Shown one piece after another: positions 40,200 to 53,249 of a stretch of DNA of 64,000 nucleotides. The notes beneath the pieces were generated by a model that was given only the letters and a program-made list of their open reading frames with translations, was not told the DNA's origin and searched no databases. The first letter of the stretch is position 1. Every line of letters begins with the position of its first letter. A program made the position numbers and the translations under genes. Origin of the DNA: Lophium mytilinum (taxonomy: Eukaryota); the NCBI GenBank assembly GCA_010093605.1, contig MU004188.1:1491673-1555672 (forward strand), read 5' to 3'.

Positions 40200-40367
40200 C
40201 TAGCTCTTTGCCTTTCCTGCGCCTTGCTGCGCGCCGGGTATGCTCTTCGCCTTAAGCGCCTTGTGTTCTTCTGAGTTGATTTCAAGGAAGTGGTAGAGGA
40301 CAATGAGCAGCATAGAGAGGCCGCCCAGGAAGAGCGCTAGCGAGTAGAGGGTGTTGTCTGAAATCAT
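40200..40367 (-). CDS. OST4: Oligosaccharyltransferase small subunit Ost4 (55 aa; below the ORF-track cutoff)
   Basis: Manual translation MISDNTLYSLALFLGGLSMLLIVLYHFLEINSEEHKALKAKSIPGAQQGAGKAKS* fits the Ost4 pattern MIxD...LIVLYH. Probable 5'-UTR intron at about 40430-40481. Confidence 0.88.
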   Translation of the reverse strand: MISDNTLYSLALFLGGLSMLLIVLYHFLEINSEEHKALKAKSIPGAQQGAGKAKS

Positions 40368-40822
40368 CTTGACGGTCGCTGGAATTGTGGCTTCGGGGGT
40401 GGATGCGCGGGCGAAAGACGGGGGTGCTTCTAGACGGCAGTCAGTTGCGGAATTCGGAGCACTTCAGTCATTCAGAACTCACAGATTGCTCCTTTAAGTA
40501 ACTTCAAGGAATTGGTCCGTCGGCAAGTGAGGTTGTTGAGCGTCTTGGTGTTTAGATAGAAGCCACCTTGAGCTTCGCGTCCATCCATGCTCGGACCCCT
40601 AGCACAAAACAGCGCAGTAGTCAGCGGTAATTTATTCCAACCCCACCGCGAAACTCGACCGTCATTCTCGTTCACAGCCTCCGCAAACCCAGTGAATCAC
40701 ACCCCCGACCCCGGTTCTCGAGCGCCCCAACTTCACCCACACTCACTCGAGGACGCTTCCGGACAGTTGCCAACCCTCATCCCCATTTTTCCTAGTAGAA
40801 AGAAGGCCACAGCTCGCCCACC

Positions 40823-42163
40823 ATGCCTCCAAAGGGAATGAACCAGCCAAAGGCCAAGGACAAGGTCGCTGTTGACAAGGTACTTGACAGTCTGGCCTAC
40901 TCATAAGACAGCAGCTAACTTGAGACAGTCCTTTGGCATGAAAAACGTATGCTACCCCCTCCTCCCCCGCCTCTAGGACGCCCCCACACACCCTTCCCCG
41001 GAGACGCGGTCGCTAATATCTATCCCGAAAATCACAGAAAAAAGGCGGAGCAGCACAGAGACAAATCAAACAACTAGCCCAATCGCAGGCCGGCTCCGGG
41101 ACACCGGAGCAGAAGAAGAAGGCGGCGGAGAAACTGCAGCGCGAGAACGAGAAGAAGGCCGCTGAAGCCGCGGCTCGCGAAGTGGCGGATCTCTTCAAGC
41201 CCGTGCAGGTCCAGAAGGTGCCGTTTGGCGTCGATCCGAAGACGATTCTGTGCCAGTTTTTCAAGAAGGGACATTGTGACAAGGGGCGGAAATGCAAGTT
41301 CTCGCATGACCTTGCGGTGGAGCGGAAGGGTGAGAAGAGGTCGCTGTACACAGATCTTCGGGAGGGAGACGAGAATGAGGAGGATGATGTCAAGAAGAAG
41401 GATGATATGGTGGACTGGGACGAGGAGAAGCTGCGGACTGTGGTGCTGAGCAAGCAGGGTAACCCGAAGACGACGACGGATAAAGTGTGCAAGTTCTTTA
41501 TTGAGGCCGTCGAGAACGGGAAGTATGGGTGGTTCTGGATTTGTCCGAATGGAGGCGATAAGTGCATGTATAAGCATTCGCTGCCGCCGGGGTATGTTTT
41601 GCGCTCCTCTCCCTCCTTTCCAATCGAGCTTTTTGATGTCGAACTGGAGGCGCCAAGGAAACATTTTCTTGATATTGACTATTTACAGCTTCGTCCTCAA
41701 AACGAAAGAGCAACGCGCCGCCGAAAAGGCTCTCATGGACAAATCACCCATGGCCACCCTGACCCTCGAAGACTTCCTAGAATCCGAACGCCACAAGCTC
41801 ACCGGCACACTCACACCCGTAACCGAGGAAACATTCGCGAAGTGGAAGAAGGGCCGGATGGACAAGAAGCAGGCAGAGGAAGAGGCGAAGGCGATGAAGG
41901 AAGCAACTGGACGCGCCATGTTCGAGAAGGGCGACTGGCAAGACAGCGAGGCGGACAGCGACGACGAGGACGCAGACGGCTCGTGGAACCTAGAAGCCTT
42001 ACGGCGCGAAACAGAGGCCGCGCGGCAGCGGAAAGAGGAAGAGCGTCTGCGCAAAGCCGAGGGTGGCGACGATGGTGGCGGTGTCGTGCCTAATGGCGTC
42101 GAGAGCAACGGCATCCAGAAAGGAGAGTCGTCCGCATCCGCATCCGCATCTGTCGCATCTTAA
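40823..42163 (+). CDS. TMA46: Translation machinery-associated CCCH zinc-finger protein (Tma46/ZC3H15)
   Basis: MPPK...[102 protein letters not shown]. Confidence 0.93.
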
Positions 42164-43157
42164 GAACCCTCTTTATCTCCAAAGTCGACTCCAAACAATC
42201 GTGTCGCCGACACCCGGAATCACCGCCTATCCATTACGGCTCAAAGCCGAACGGACTCGGAGCGTTTGCTCGACCAGCAATGGCTTGTGAGGAGCTCTGG
42301 CTCGGGTCATTAAGGTCATTCGAGCCTTGTGGCTGTCACGAGCAGCATCCGGGAACCTCGGGCATACACTACCGTTTGGACGACGGCTTGTTTCATTCGT
42401 TCTTGATGTTTAGCGGGCGCCAAAAAGGGTGTCTTTGGATTAGACGCATCTAAGCGTCATGACTTTGACGAGCATTCTTCATGAGATATCTCATGGAGGG
42501 GCACGATCGGGCTCCTGCAGGCTATGCTAGGGGACTGGTTCTCGGCCCAATCCGAAGGTATCTATAGATACTCTTATGTCGGTCGCTGGCAGATATGTGG
42601 AAGTTTTTAGAATCGAAGGATCTACGGAGCCAATGAGACTTCTTGCAATTGTGATGCATACTGTATTTTCTTACTACACGTTCCCGCTTACAGATCGCTA
42701 CCTTGACGTGGATCTTGACCCTTTCTTCAAGCTCGTCACGTGCTGATGGCTGGTTCCAAGTGTGCGAACCTTGGTTTCAAGTTTGTCATCCAATGTAAAA
42801 TAACTGATCGGACACAGACTATCAACTAGACATTGCCTTGTGCAACAGTTGACCAAGCGTAAAAGTCACTCGGAAAATGATCAGGGGCTGTAATGGAATC
42901 TGGATTTTCTGAACTAGACTATAATGCACTGCAATAGGAACCCCTCAAGCTCGTGGGCTACCCCAATTTTGCCGCTTTTGTGAGCTCGGCCAAGGAGGAG
43001 GGAGGAAAGAGTGCCAAAATAAAAAGAAAAAGGGTCAATGCCATTCCAAGCACCTGAAATGAAGGTAAGCCTATCACGTTCCCAGCACTCCAGAGAAATT
43101 CTTAGTCCGTTTCATCGCCCCCTAAGCCGGCATTAACATTGCCTTCCGATATCCTCC

Positions 43158-45475
43158 CTACTCAACACGTCGGCCCTCGACAACGGCTGTGATTTTGATA
43201 AGCTTGTGGATAAGCAGACGCAGGCCAGTCTCGGGTTTAGCGTCGACGCTATCAGCAATTGACATTTGCTTGCTAAACTCCTCCGTGTCGATGTCTGTCG
43301 CCTTCGCCTTGCCCTTGCTCTTGTGATGTTCCTCGCCTCCGATCTTCGCTTTCTTCGCCGCCTTTTCGATTTCCTTCTTCTTCTTAGGTTCCACTTCAGG
43401 CTCATCAGTCTCTTCGATATAAGTGTACCCATCGTCTGGAAAGAACATTTTCATCGCATGAGGCCACTCCGGGATGTTGCCGATAGTCATCTTTTCGAGG
43501 ATGTGGAAATGCGTCTCCCAGTCAGGGTGACGAACAGTGCAGAACCACTGGAGAGTAGGACGGGGGTTCGCTACGTGCCCATAGCGAGTCTGGGAGACCT
43601 CGAGACGATAGTCAGTTCCTGTGATACGGAATACCCAGACACGTTCCGTCTTTGCGCGCAGCAAATCTGGGCCGCCCGTAGGAAATCGGATGTATCTATC
43701 ATGGAAGTCGGGATCGCGAGCTCGAAAAGTGTCGAGGACAATCCGGTTGGCGTATGCAACGAGGAAAGGCGGCAGTCGGTCCTTTCGGACCACCCTTGAG
43801 GCATTGACGTGGAAATGCCAGGCGCGTCCACTACAAAAGACAACATAGTCAGTAATTAGCTTCAAGCGTTTATGTACAGTAAGCAGCTTACCTTGAGGGA
43901 GACAACAGATTGACATTCATCATATTAGCTGGGAGATCTTTGCCTATCTCCAGGAGCGACCATTTCGTGGGCAAGCGAACGATCTCATCGTCATCGTCAT
44001 CGCGATCCTCGAACTCCAGCTGGAGCAAGAAGTTACGACCGGAGTTGTTGGGATCACGTAGGATCGCCGTAACCCTGAACACAGGCTTGATCAAGCTGTT
44101 TGCTTGTATTTGATGATGAATGGGGCTGAGGACATTCGCAGCTCTGATCAAACGCCCAAGCAAGTCATCCTCAACGCCGCCCGTGACACTATACAGTCTA
44201 TTAGCCTATGACGAAAATAGCTAAACACACTACCAAATGCTCCCAGAGACTTACGGTTTCTCGATACTGCCTGACACACGCGTATCATCTCGTTCCATCA
44301 TGTCCACAAATTCGTCGCGCATATAGCAGTTCTCTTGGGAGGGTTTGAGGCGGCTTCCAAGATTCAGCAGACCGAGGCTAATGCCCATGTTGTAGACTTG
44401 ACTACGCTGTCGGATCACGTTGAAGCATTCGATGATGGTCTCCTCCATTGCTTCCAGCTTATCATCTCGAATCTTCTCTTCGATTTCGCGCTGGCATAGC
44501 GGAGCAAGCATCTCCACAGGAACAAGGGTTTCCACTGGGTCAACCATGACAGCGAGAGACTGTGGGCCTCCGTACGGTTTTATGCGAACGTTCTTGATCC
44601 GCTCCTCGAGGCAGATGAACTTGGCCTGCGGAGCGAAGTTGTAGAGGGCGATCTTAGCCTTGATGAATTTCTCCACGCGCGGCTTCGCATCATCGACCCG
44701 CGCCTGCTCGAGGCCGGTGATCATGATACGAAGAGGCATATCTGGGCCGGTGTTCTGAACACTGGTATACACCAAAGAGCCGATTTGGATCTTGCGAAGT
44801 TCTTCCAATTGAGGGCCTAACAAATGGTCCGGGTGAAGGTCTGGATTGGTCAAGTCTTCTGTCCAGTCCACATAGCCCTAGGAGTTACTGTTAGTTGCGA
44901 CATAACCTCGCCGCACCGATCGTAAAAGGGCTGCGTACGGTGAATCCAAGGTCGCAGTCGGAATACTGATTGTATGGATCCGTGAGTGTCTTTGCCGCAT
45001 CTTTGAGAGTACTCTCGCTCCATTTCTCGTACGAAAAGGCCTTGATTTTGGCGAAATTGGCACTCTTTGGTCCTCTACCACGTTCCCTATCTAGAGTTAG
45101 TAACATTAAGGCCCAGAGAGGCTGGCAAACTCACATCGTGGCCGTGCTAGTTGCGTTGATGTGACTAGGTTTACTGTGAACTGCGCAGAGCCAGTTTCCA
45201 CGAGACGCGAAATGGAGATACCGCCACGTGACCGACCGACGTAGATTGCGAACTATGAGGACGCGTGCTGCTGATCCGCAGATACAGGCTGCACGTTGGC
45301 AAGAGGGTTGAGGCCAAGATGAAGAGTTTGTCGTTTTTGGAGCGATGAGGTGTTGACGCGGCAGGTGAGGTAAAGAGGAAGACGTCGAGGCAATCGCGCG
45401 AGCTGGCAGTCGTAGGCTGCCTCCGCAGAAGCAACGACCTCGATAATCCAGAACAACGACGGAAAAGTACCTCAT
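43158..45475 (-). CDS. Fungal hypothetical protein, multi-exon; start uncertain (45475, or an ATG split by the intron at 45136)
   Basis: ORFs 44891..45106, 44251..44871, 43888..44163 and 43158..43916 are separated by GT-AG introns with CTAAC/CTGAC sites. No function recognised. Confidence 0.65.
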
Positions 45476-46324
45476 TCACCCGGGCAAATCGCCCATCATC
45501 AAACAGTTTTTCCAGTTTCTGCAGTAAAAATGGCGCTTGTGTTGCCGGTTCTGTAACACCAAGGCCTCGTCGCTCTAGACAACGACCATCGCCACTGCCA
45601 AAAGACTGCTCTTGACGGCGCGCCCGAATTCGACGGTTTTGTCGCTATATCGACCTAAACGCGAAGAAGTGCATCATGTGGGACTAAGAGGATGTTCCAA
45701 TGCGTCCCGAAGATCGTACTAAACGCTAGGAGGAACTACCTCAGGGTGCATATTCAGGAGCTAAAAACCTCGAGCTGCTGAATCGTGGAGCCCAATCCAT
45801 GACTTTTATAGAGCACGCACGTGTTTGGAGTGCCCCTGGGCGATGCGGAGAAACCGGTGATTGATGACATCTTTCGCTGCTTTTGAATTGCATCACGAAG
45901 AACCGTGCTTTGACATGAGAAGAAAAGGTTCGAGGCGCCCCTGAGCGTTTGGTTCGATAACAGAGGTCGATGTCACATTCATGAGCCCGTGAATCGGAAG
46001 CATAGTAGTTGTATTTTGGCAAAGCAGTAGGATGGACGAGGGATCTTCCGACTTCCCTCGTGGAGGACAAAACTGAACCTTGGAAGGGACGTTTTGAAGA
46101 TATGGGTTCCGTGAGTCAGCAGAATGCCAAGATATCTTCAACATCCCAGGGAAATTTCCGGGGACTCAACTTCACGACTCGTCGCGCGCCAGCCTACAAT
46201 CCATTCCAGAACAGTTGACTATTTGCGGTGTCTTTTACTGCCTTAAAGGCCTCCTACACAATCCAATTGCCTCTAGCAATTCTCCAGTGGCGCACAGCCT
46301 CCAACCCCATCTCCGGCCGCAATT

Positions 46325-46907
46325 ATGGTCCGCTTCGGCAGGAAAGAAGTCTACCTGTACGCACAACCATAGAGAATTCCCACCTACTGCTTTTCAATCG
46401 GCTAACCCCCGCAGACCCAATGCAGTAATAGCATTAATGAAATCCGAACACCTCCCCGCAACCCACGCCAAATTCCGCGTCCCCCTCACCTTCTCCAAGC
46501 TCGACCTCCGCGACTACCTCTACCACGCCTACGGGCTCCGCACCGACAAAATCCGCTCCTACGTGCAGCAACAACGTGTGCAGCACGACCGGCCCGACGC
46601 CACGATGCCGCAACAAAATAAATGGTTCCGGCCAAAGGCAATCAAGCATATGACGGTCGAAATGGACAAGCCGTTTCTGTGGCCGGAAGATCCGGACAAT
46701 TGGGAGCCGTGGAGCAAGGAAATTTTCAATGAGCTGCAGCAAAATGCGAATGACAGGGATAAGCCGGCGACAAGAGTCAAAGCAGCGAAAATGGAGGGGG
46801 ACACGTTAGCGACGCAGGCGCGAGAGCTGCTGGAAGGGAAGAAGAGGTGGAGGCGGACGCCTGTGGATGAAGAGGCGGTGGAGGTGGACAGCGATGTGAA
46901 GATATGA
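46325..46907 (+). CDS. MRP20: Mitochondrial large-subunit ribosomal protein uL23m
   Basis: Spliced MVRFGRKEVYL|PNAVIALMK...AKFRVPLTFSKLDLRDYLYHAYG...KHMTVEMDKPFLWPEDP. An additional upstream exon is possible. Confidence 0.88.
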
Positions 46908-47313
46908 GGAAGGCATCAGGCGGAGGAGTCACGGATGCTTTGCAATTGAAGATAGGTGGATGACAGTGTGTATTCAAACGAGTGTGTATGATAGGGTCCA
47001 CGGCGCGAGAATTCATGGATCGGCTTCATTTGGCTTTTGAGGTTTGGAATTTGGCAGTAAGCATTCGTGAGTGTCATTCGTCACTAGGGTTACTACGTAG
47101 AAGACGGCGCTATGTATGAAGGGCCATAGGGATCCAGCCTAAAGTTCCCAAAAATCTCCATTATGTTCAGTCACATTTCCGATTTAGATATTAACTATCC
47201 ATGACCTGACCAAGGGAATGACCAAACTCCACCATCCAAGCATATTATCGCCGGGTGTTCGCTATGAACGGATGACGAAAAAACAGCAAGACCTCCACTT
47301 GACACTGATCTTC

Positions 47314-50300
47314 TTACGAACCCAGCAAAATGGGCAACAACGGCAACAACACATGAGCACCAACCTGGTTCGCTAGCGGTACGATACTGGTGAAATCCTC
47401 GATCCTCCAGCCTCGTGGCGCACCTTCAGCAAGGTAGATCATGCCGCCAATCACGGGCGCCATGGCGAGCAACATCCATTTGAAGTTCTTGATGACTTTG
47501 TCGACACTGATGAAGAATCCAGTGCCTTCGAGTTCCTTGGCAGTGGATGTCCATTCCATCTTGAGAGAGAACAGGTGGGCGAGGAGAGCATGAGATATGT
47601 GCCAGGACATGCCGCCGAAGAAGATCACTTCCCGGCCTTAGGTCAGATTATGGGTAGACGAGCGACGGGGAACGTACGGAACAAGGGCATCCATTTTATA
47701 CCCTCGAGTAGGGCCCAGAAGAACGTCTTGTCGCCCATGCGGTGGCGGAACCAAGCGAAGCTACCTTTTGTTACAATCCGAATGTGGAAGAAGCGGGAGA
47801 AAACTTACCAAATGGGAGAGATGATGTTGAAGACGAAGAGAGTACCCACTAACATCTTCCAGCTTGAAAGGTAGTAATGGTCCAAATTGGCGGCATACCA
47901 CCCAGTGATGATATAGTTGACAATCGACAGGGGAAGAGCCGCTCCAATCGCATAATACGTACCGATGTACCCGATGATGGTGAACTTCGAGGTAATCTTC
48001 ATGTTTGACCAAAGAAAAGTCCGGAATAGCTTCGTGAAAGGTCCACGCCAAAGCCAGGTGTGAATGGGGTTAAACATCTGCGAGGTCGTGAGAAACGATT
48101 GGATTGAAAACTTTGGTTTGCGTACAAGCTCTGAACACCCATAGGCATATTTTTCCCATCTGAGCAATTCATCGAAGATGGTTAATGAGACACCTTCTTT
48201 AAAATTGCCATGATCTAGATGTGTATCAGTTGGAGAACGCTTCACTTTTAGAGTTATCTCATACCGTAAGTTGCCATTCGGATGACGAAACCAGCAATCT
48301 GTAAGCGGAGGGAGATATCAAAATCTTCGGAGACATGGCTTTCGCTCCAAAATTTCTCGACGCCGTTGTCTTGGAACGACACACTCTGCACCGCTTTCCA
48401 GCGAAGGAAGGCATTATGACCAACGAAGGGTGCAGTGTCACCACTTCCAACGGCGTGGCGGATCGAGAGGTAGACAAGATTTGTGAAGTACGTGATCGCT
48501 TGATTGGAGTCAGTGGAATCTTGGAGAGCTTGAGAGTTGTACGAACCATCTTCAAAGATGGAATGAATGACTTGCATGACGCCGCCTGGAGCAGTTAGGT
48601 ACTTTACCTATGAAGTACGGGAGGAGGTTGACGCACTAGCATGTTGGATGATGGCAACATCAGGACTCTCGGCCATCTCCATAGCCCCCAGAGCCAAGCA
48701 ATCGACAGGCACTTGAGTATCACAATCGACGAGCAGTATGATTTCTCCTAACCTGATGTTTCCCGAAGCTTGCGTGCGGCCTTGATCATCGTCTAATACC
48801 TTACGCATGGCCTGCTCGTACAGATCGTTCTCTTGTTCGAGAGTAATATCCTCTTCCGTGCAGCCTAGTTCAGCAGCGCGAGCTTCGAGTAGCCTCTGCA
48901 GCTCGTCTTCGACCCGAATGCTAAAGTTGAGACAGTAGTTCAGATTGGACGCTTTCTTGAATTTACCAGGCCTCACGAAGCCGTCTTTACCGTGTGGGGG
49001 GCGGGAGCACCAGCCAATATTGTTAAGCTCATAGAATCGCTTGCGTGCGTCTGTCAGGTCAGGCTTGATAGCTTGCATTCCATCTTCACAGACGAAGCTG
49101 CTTCTTATTAACATCCCCAATGAGCCTACAAGTAAGTTGAAGAGATTTACATAGAGGCAGTTCCGCCCTCGGCTTCATACTGCTTGATCGCGGCCATCAG
49201 AGAAGTTACGGTCGGGATGATAACACCTTTTAGGCCTTCTTTGTAGACTGCTCACGTCGTTAGTGGCGCTTAGAAACATTGCATGAGAGGTGCCACATAC
49301 CTGGCATCTGTATACTAATGTGTGGGAGGGCCAAATCACGATGGCGTTCCCTGCGTGGTGCACGCGATGAGTAGTATTTGGAGTTTCCTTCTTTTGGGTC
49401 TTGAATAGGGCCCACAAGCTGGAAAAGTGATCCGATCAGAACGACGAAGAAGAAGAGTGCAAAGAAAACGAATAGTGGAAGAGTCGCAAGCAAACCAAGA
49501 CGCTTCAAGCCGACCGATCCCAACGTACGGATCTCGACGATGATGTTTCTAACAGCCAAGCTCTCCACACAGACGATCAGACAAACAGTCATGCCAATCA
49601 TGAGACTGTGGGTGAGCAAAAATGGTCGTTTCGGGATCTTCATAGCTTCTTCGTCGTCGACGTCGAGATAAACCCCATCTCTCTTCTCCAGTTCTTCAAG
49701 CTCGATTCCTCGTGCAATGATGTTGCTCTTAGACCCTTTCTCACTACGTGAATTCTTGCCATAGACGCTAGGAGTCGTGTATCCGGAATCGCGGCCAGTT
49801 GTGGGTTGGAACATGAATCGGCGATCTTGGTCAGGAATTGCTGCGCCCCAAAGCTAGAAAGCATCAGCTCTGTCTAGTAATGGTATATACACATCACTCA
49901 CAGTTCCCATAATCTTACTCTCTACATCTGCGCCTTGGACCATCAAGTCCTCCGCGGTATGGCTCCAAACAAGGATCAATTTTTCCTGACGAAGGAGACA
50001 CATGAAGTCTCTCCGCCGCACTCCAGTGTCGTTCCTCGCGAGTTCGCGTATACTATCGACCACTGGTACAGTTAAATTGTACGGTCCGAGAGTAAACTCC
50101 GTATCGTCCTTTCCAATCCGAGAGAAGATGGGTGAGCATATTTCCGAGGACATGGTAAACGCGACAGCCAGGTTGAGCTTCTCGCAGACAACCTTGAGCT
50201 CTGCGTTGACATCTTCCGGCTCTGAGATATAATCGACTAATTCGCCGTCTTCAACTTGCATGACTACCCCAAGGTAGTCATACCCCGATGCTCGTAGGCT

Positions 50301-50679
50301 TTCATCTGGCTTCAGCCATCCCTTGTCAAGAAGTCGGCGATACAGAAACTTGGCCATCTATCTAAGCGTTAGTAAGCTCATTTCTCACAACATCTGACCA
50401 TAGCTCGCTCGCCACGTTAAAATGTTACACATTGGCAATGCGGTACACGAGTCAAGATTCCTGCCCGAAAGGCCGGAACCGCATCAACAGATCCGAAAAT
50501 GGACAGGTCGTATTGTTCGAGACTTTACTTACAACTTCATAGCGAGAGACTCTATGTTCCTCAGGCATCGGAAGAAGTGTCCTATTCCGTGAATTTTCAG
50601 GCCTGGAGAACCTTGGTGCGACGGGTATAGGATACGTAGGTATTGAGATGCCAATTGGCGGCGGTATCGTACCACTCAT
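47314..50679 (-). CDS. Family 2 processive glycosyltransferase (multi-pass; putative beta-glucan synthase)
   Basis: ISIQMP|VYKEGL, RPGKFKKASNLNY, DxD motif LVDCDTQVP, APFVGHNAFLRW, SHVSEDFD, ELLRWEKYAYG, several TM helices; many introns. Confidence 0.88.
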
Positions 50680-53249
50680 CGTGTTCCTCGAGCCCAATAT
50701 TGAGCGTAATAGAAGCAAGAAAATACAAGAGGGAGAATGAAAAAGGACAGGGACACTGTGAAATGTAGAAGACGGCCGGAAAGATGTAGTGCCGTCCAGC
50801 TCCGCAAAGCAAGGCTAGAAGATGGCAGGGCCCGTTCCGGACGTGGATATAGGTGCCGCTCGCGGGTTGTCGATAGTTGAGGAATAGCCCCGTGGCCTGT
50901 CATCATCGACCCATTAGCATCTGACGAAGAAGACGCCTCAGTCATGGCTTGACAGATTCCCGCCCAGCCACGTGGTCCAGGTAGGACCGAAGCACTCCGC
51001 AAGGCTTGAGGCTAGTGGCACGCGACTTCAGCGTCGCCGCTGGCAACCATCCGGACGTAACCGCCATAGTCGGGGAAAAGGTTGACGAAATGCAGAACGC
51101 ATGTGATGTACGAGGATTTGAACACCGGACAAGGGTGATGAATTTAGGGGTAATTTTCGTCTCAATAGCATGACTAGGGTACAGTACAGGAAAGTATGCA
51201 AAGCAGTGTTGATCGCTGATTGTCACGGAGTATATACAGACATGAGGCTTGGGAGGTCTTACTTTGGCACTATTTCGGGACTGGTGAGACAGGCTGCTAT
51301 GCCCTCACGAAACCAGCTGAAATGATTGGGCTGAACCGAACTGACAGTCTATGAAGGCCGAACGGCCCGTTCCGCGTACGCAATGATGAGATGTCTAGCA
51401 TCAAGAAGAGACACAGAGCAAAGGGAGACGTGTAGTGAAGACGCTAGTCAGTGATCGCGAAATTATGCCCACTTTCGCAGGTGGTCAGCTGAACTCCTTC
51501 TAGTAACTAGAAGGACAAAGGACGAGGTATGAAAAGTAAGGCCAAGACGAGGCATTGAAAATCTATCTCGTTCTTAAACGCTGCAAGGACGACGGAAGAC
51601 AGCCATTTCCTGACGACGCAGCTTGACATCTGTTTGGCGCAACGGATGGACTGAGACAGGTGTTGAAACGCGTGGGACAACGGAGAGACCTTGGGGTAGG
51701 ACGGGGTTAGGCACCGAGGGCCTGGAAGTGGACCATAGTGGTCACGCAAAAAAGCCCCGGTGTCATCTTATGCCAGTCTTTCGCGACATCGGTAGTTGTG
51801 TGTTTCAAGTGGAGAATGAGAGAAGCTGGTGAGGCACACAAAGCGGTGGAGTGGTCTAGGGTGATCGTCCGAAGGCGCCAACGAGGTCAAATTAAGACTT
51901 TCCCCGGGATCCACGAAACACCACAGGGTCCTCCAAATGCAGTTGGGCTGAGATGCGGGAACGCCCTGAGATCCATGCCGCGCGCCTTGCTGCTATTAGC
52001 TCTATCCCGCGAAGGGCTTTGTCAAGCTCAAGCCTTGTGGCGTCGGGAATTGATAGAATAGAGAATGGCGTCGCAAGTCGGTTGGGACGGCCTCAACACC
52101 AGGAATGCTATCATGACCCTGGCTGCTGCCAACGAATGCTTTGCTTCCACAGTCTACGGTTGGCGCTCAAAGCGAATAGCTGCGTCGGAAATTCCGGGCC
52201 ATGGAGATGCGTGACAAGTCCACTCACCACCCTTTACACGTCCGCAAGAAAAAACCTTAATGGCACTCACCCTAGACCCTCGCATGAGCACTGCACGGAG
52301 GCCACGTCTCCACGTCCCGAACACAGTCAACTGGCTCTCGTAGAACAAGGCCGCTCAAACAGCCTGTACTGTGTAATAGGAGTAGGAGACGACATGACCT
52401 TGCTAACTCGATCCGGAAGTGCAGGATTGTTCACCCTGGCTGAGACCCTGGATCGAGGAAAGCTCCATCAGATTCGCATTCCGCGCACATGGGCGCGGCG
52501 CTACAGGGGACACCCGGAAGCTAGCCCCATCCCTCTGCTGAGTAGGACACTGAATTCACACCATTGACAACACTAATCATACTGTGTATTCAGTCAGTCT
52601 AAGAGATCCCATGCGCAACATGTATCTGTTTAAGCGCTTTCATCATGTTGTTATGGAAACGCTCTGAAATGCCACTGACACATGACCAGACTGTGGCTGC
52701 GCTTCAGGTATCGGCCATAGACCAGAGTGATGTAGTCGTCGGCCAAATTGGGACGTCTGACTCTCCTTTGAGGCACTCTTATTAAGATCCCTGCAGTCGG
52801 CCATGTCTCTGCCTGGAGCACCCTCAATTCTAAACGGTCGACTCTGTGTATGAAACCGCCTGACAGGAGCGAATCCCGACCCCTGGAATAGTATATCCTA
52901 GCCCCTTTGGCAGTGCTTTTCAAACATAGAGCAGCCACCATTCTGGAGTGATCGGTGTTGATCTCAGCAACTGTCAAGAGTCTCCTCCGTCTCATCACGA
53001 GCATTTGCTTGTGTTCCGGCGATCTTGAGTGGACGCCACTAGTCAGATATGTCTCTTCTCCGACTAAGGATCTGTTCTTGATCGCCAATGTTTTCAGCAG
53101 ACCGCGATATCCGATATGCTAATCAGATGCTGTCAGATGCCTGCTATAAGGCTCTCCCCATCCGCATAAATCTGGACTTGATCGCCGCTAGAGAGTCGAA
53201 GGCTCCTCTAATACGTAAACGGCCGCTGTTGCGTGTTCAAGCTATTCAC

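Noticed and set aside
40046..40303. 85-aa basic ORF
   Set aside because: Alternative frame overlapping OST4 and its 3' UTR.
50700..53200. ORFs of 100-204 aa between the GT2 and GH16 genes
   Set aside because: No recognisable domains or consistent exon structure; treated as regulatory/UTR sequence.
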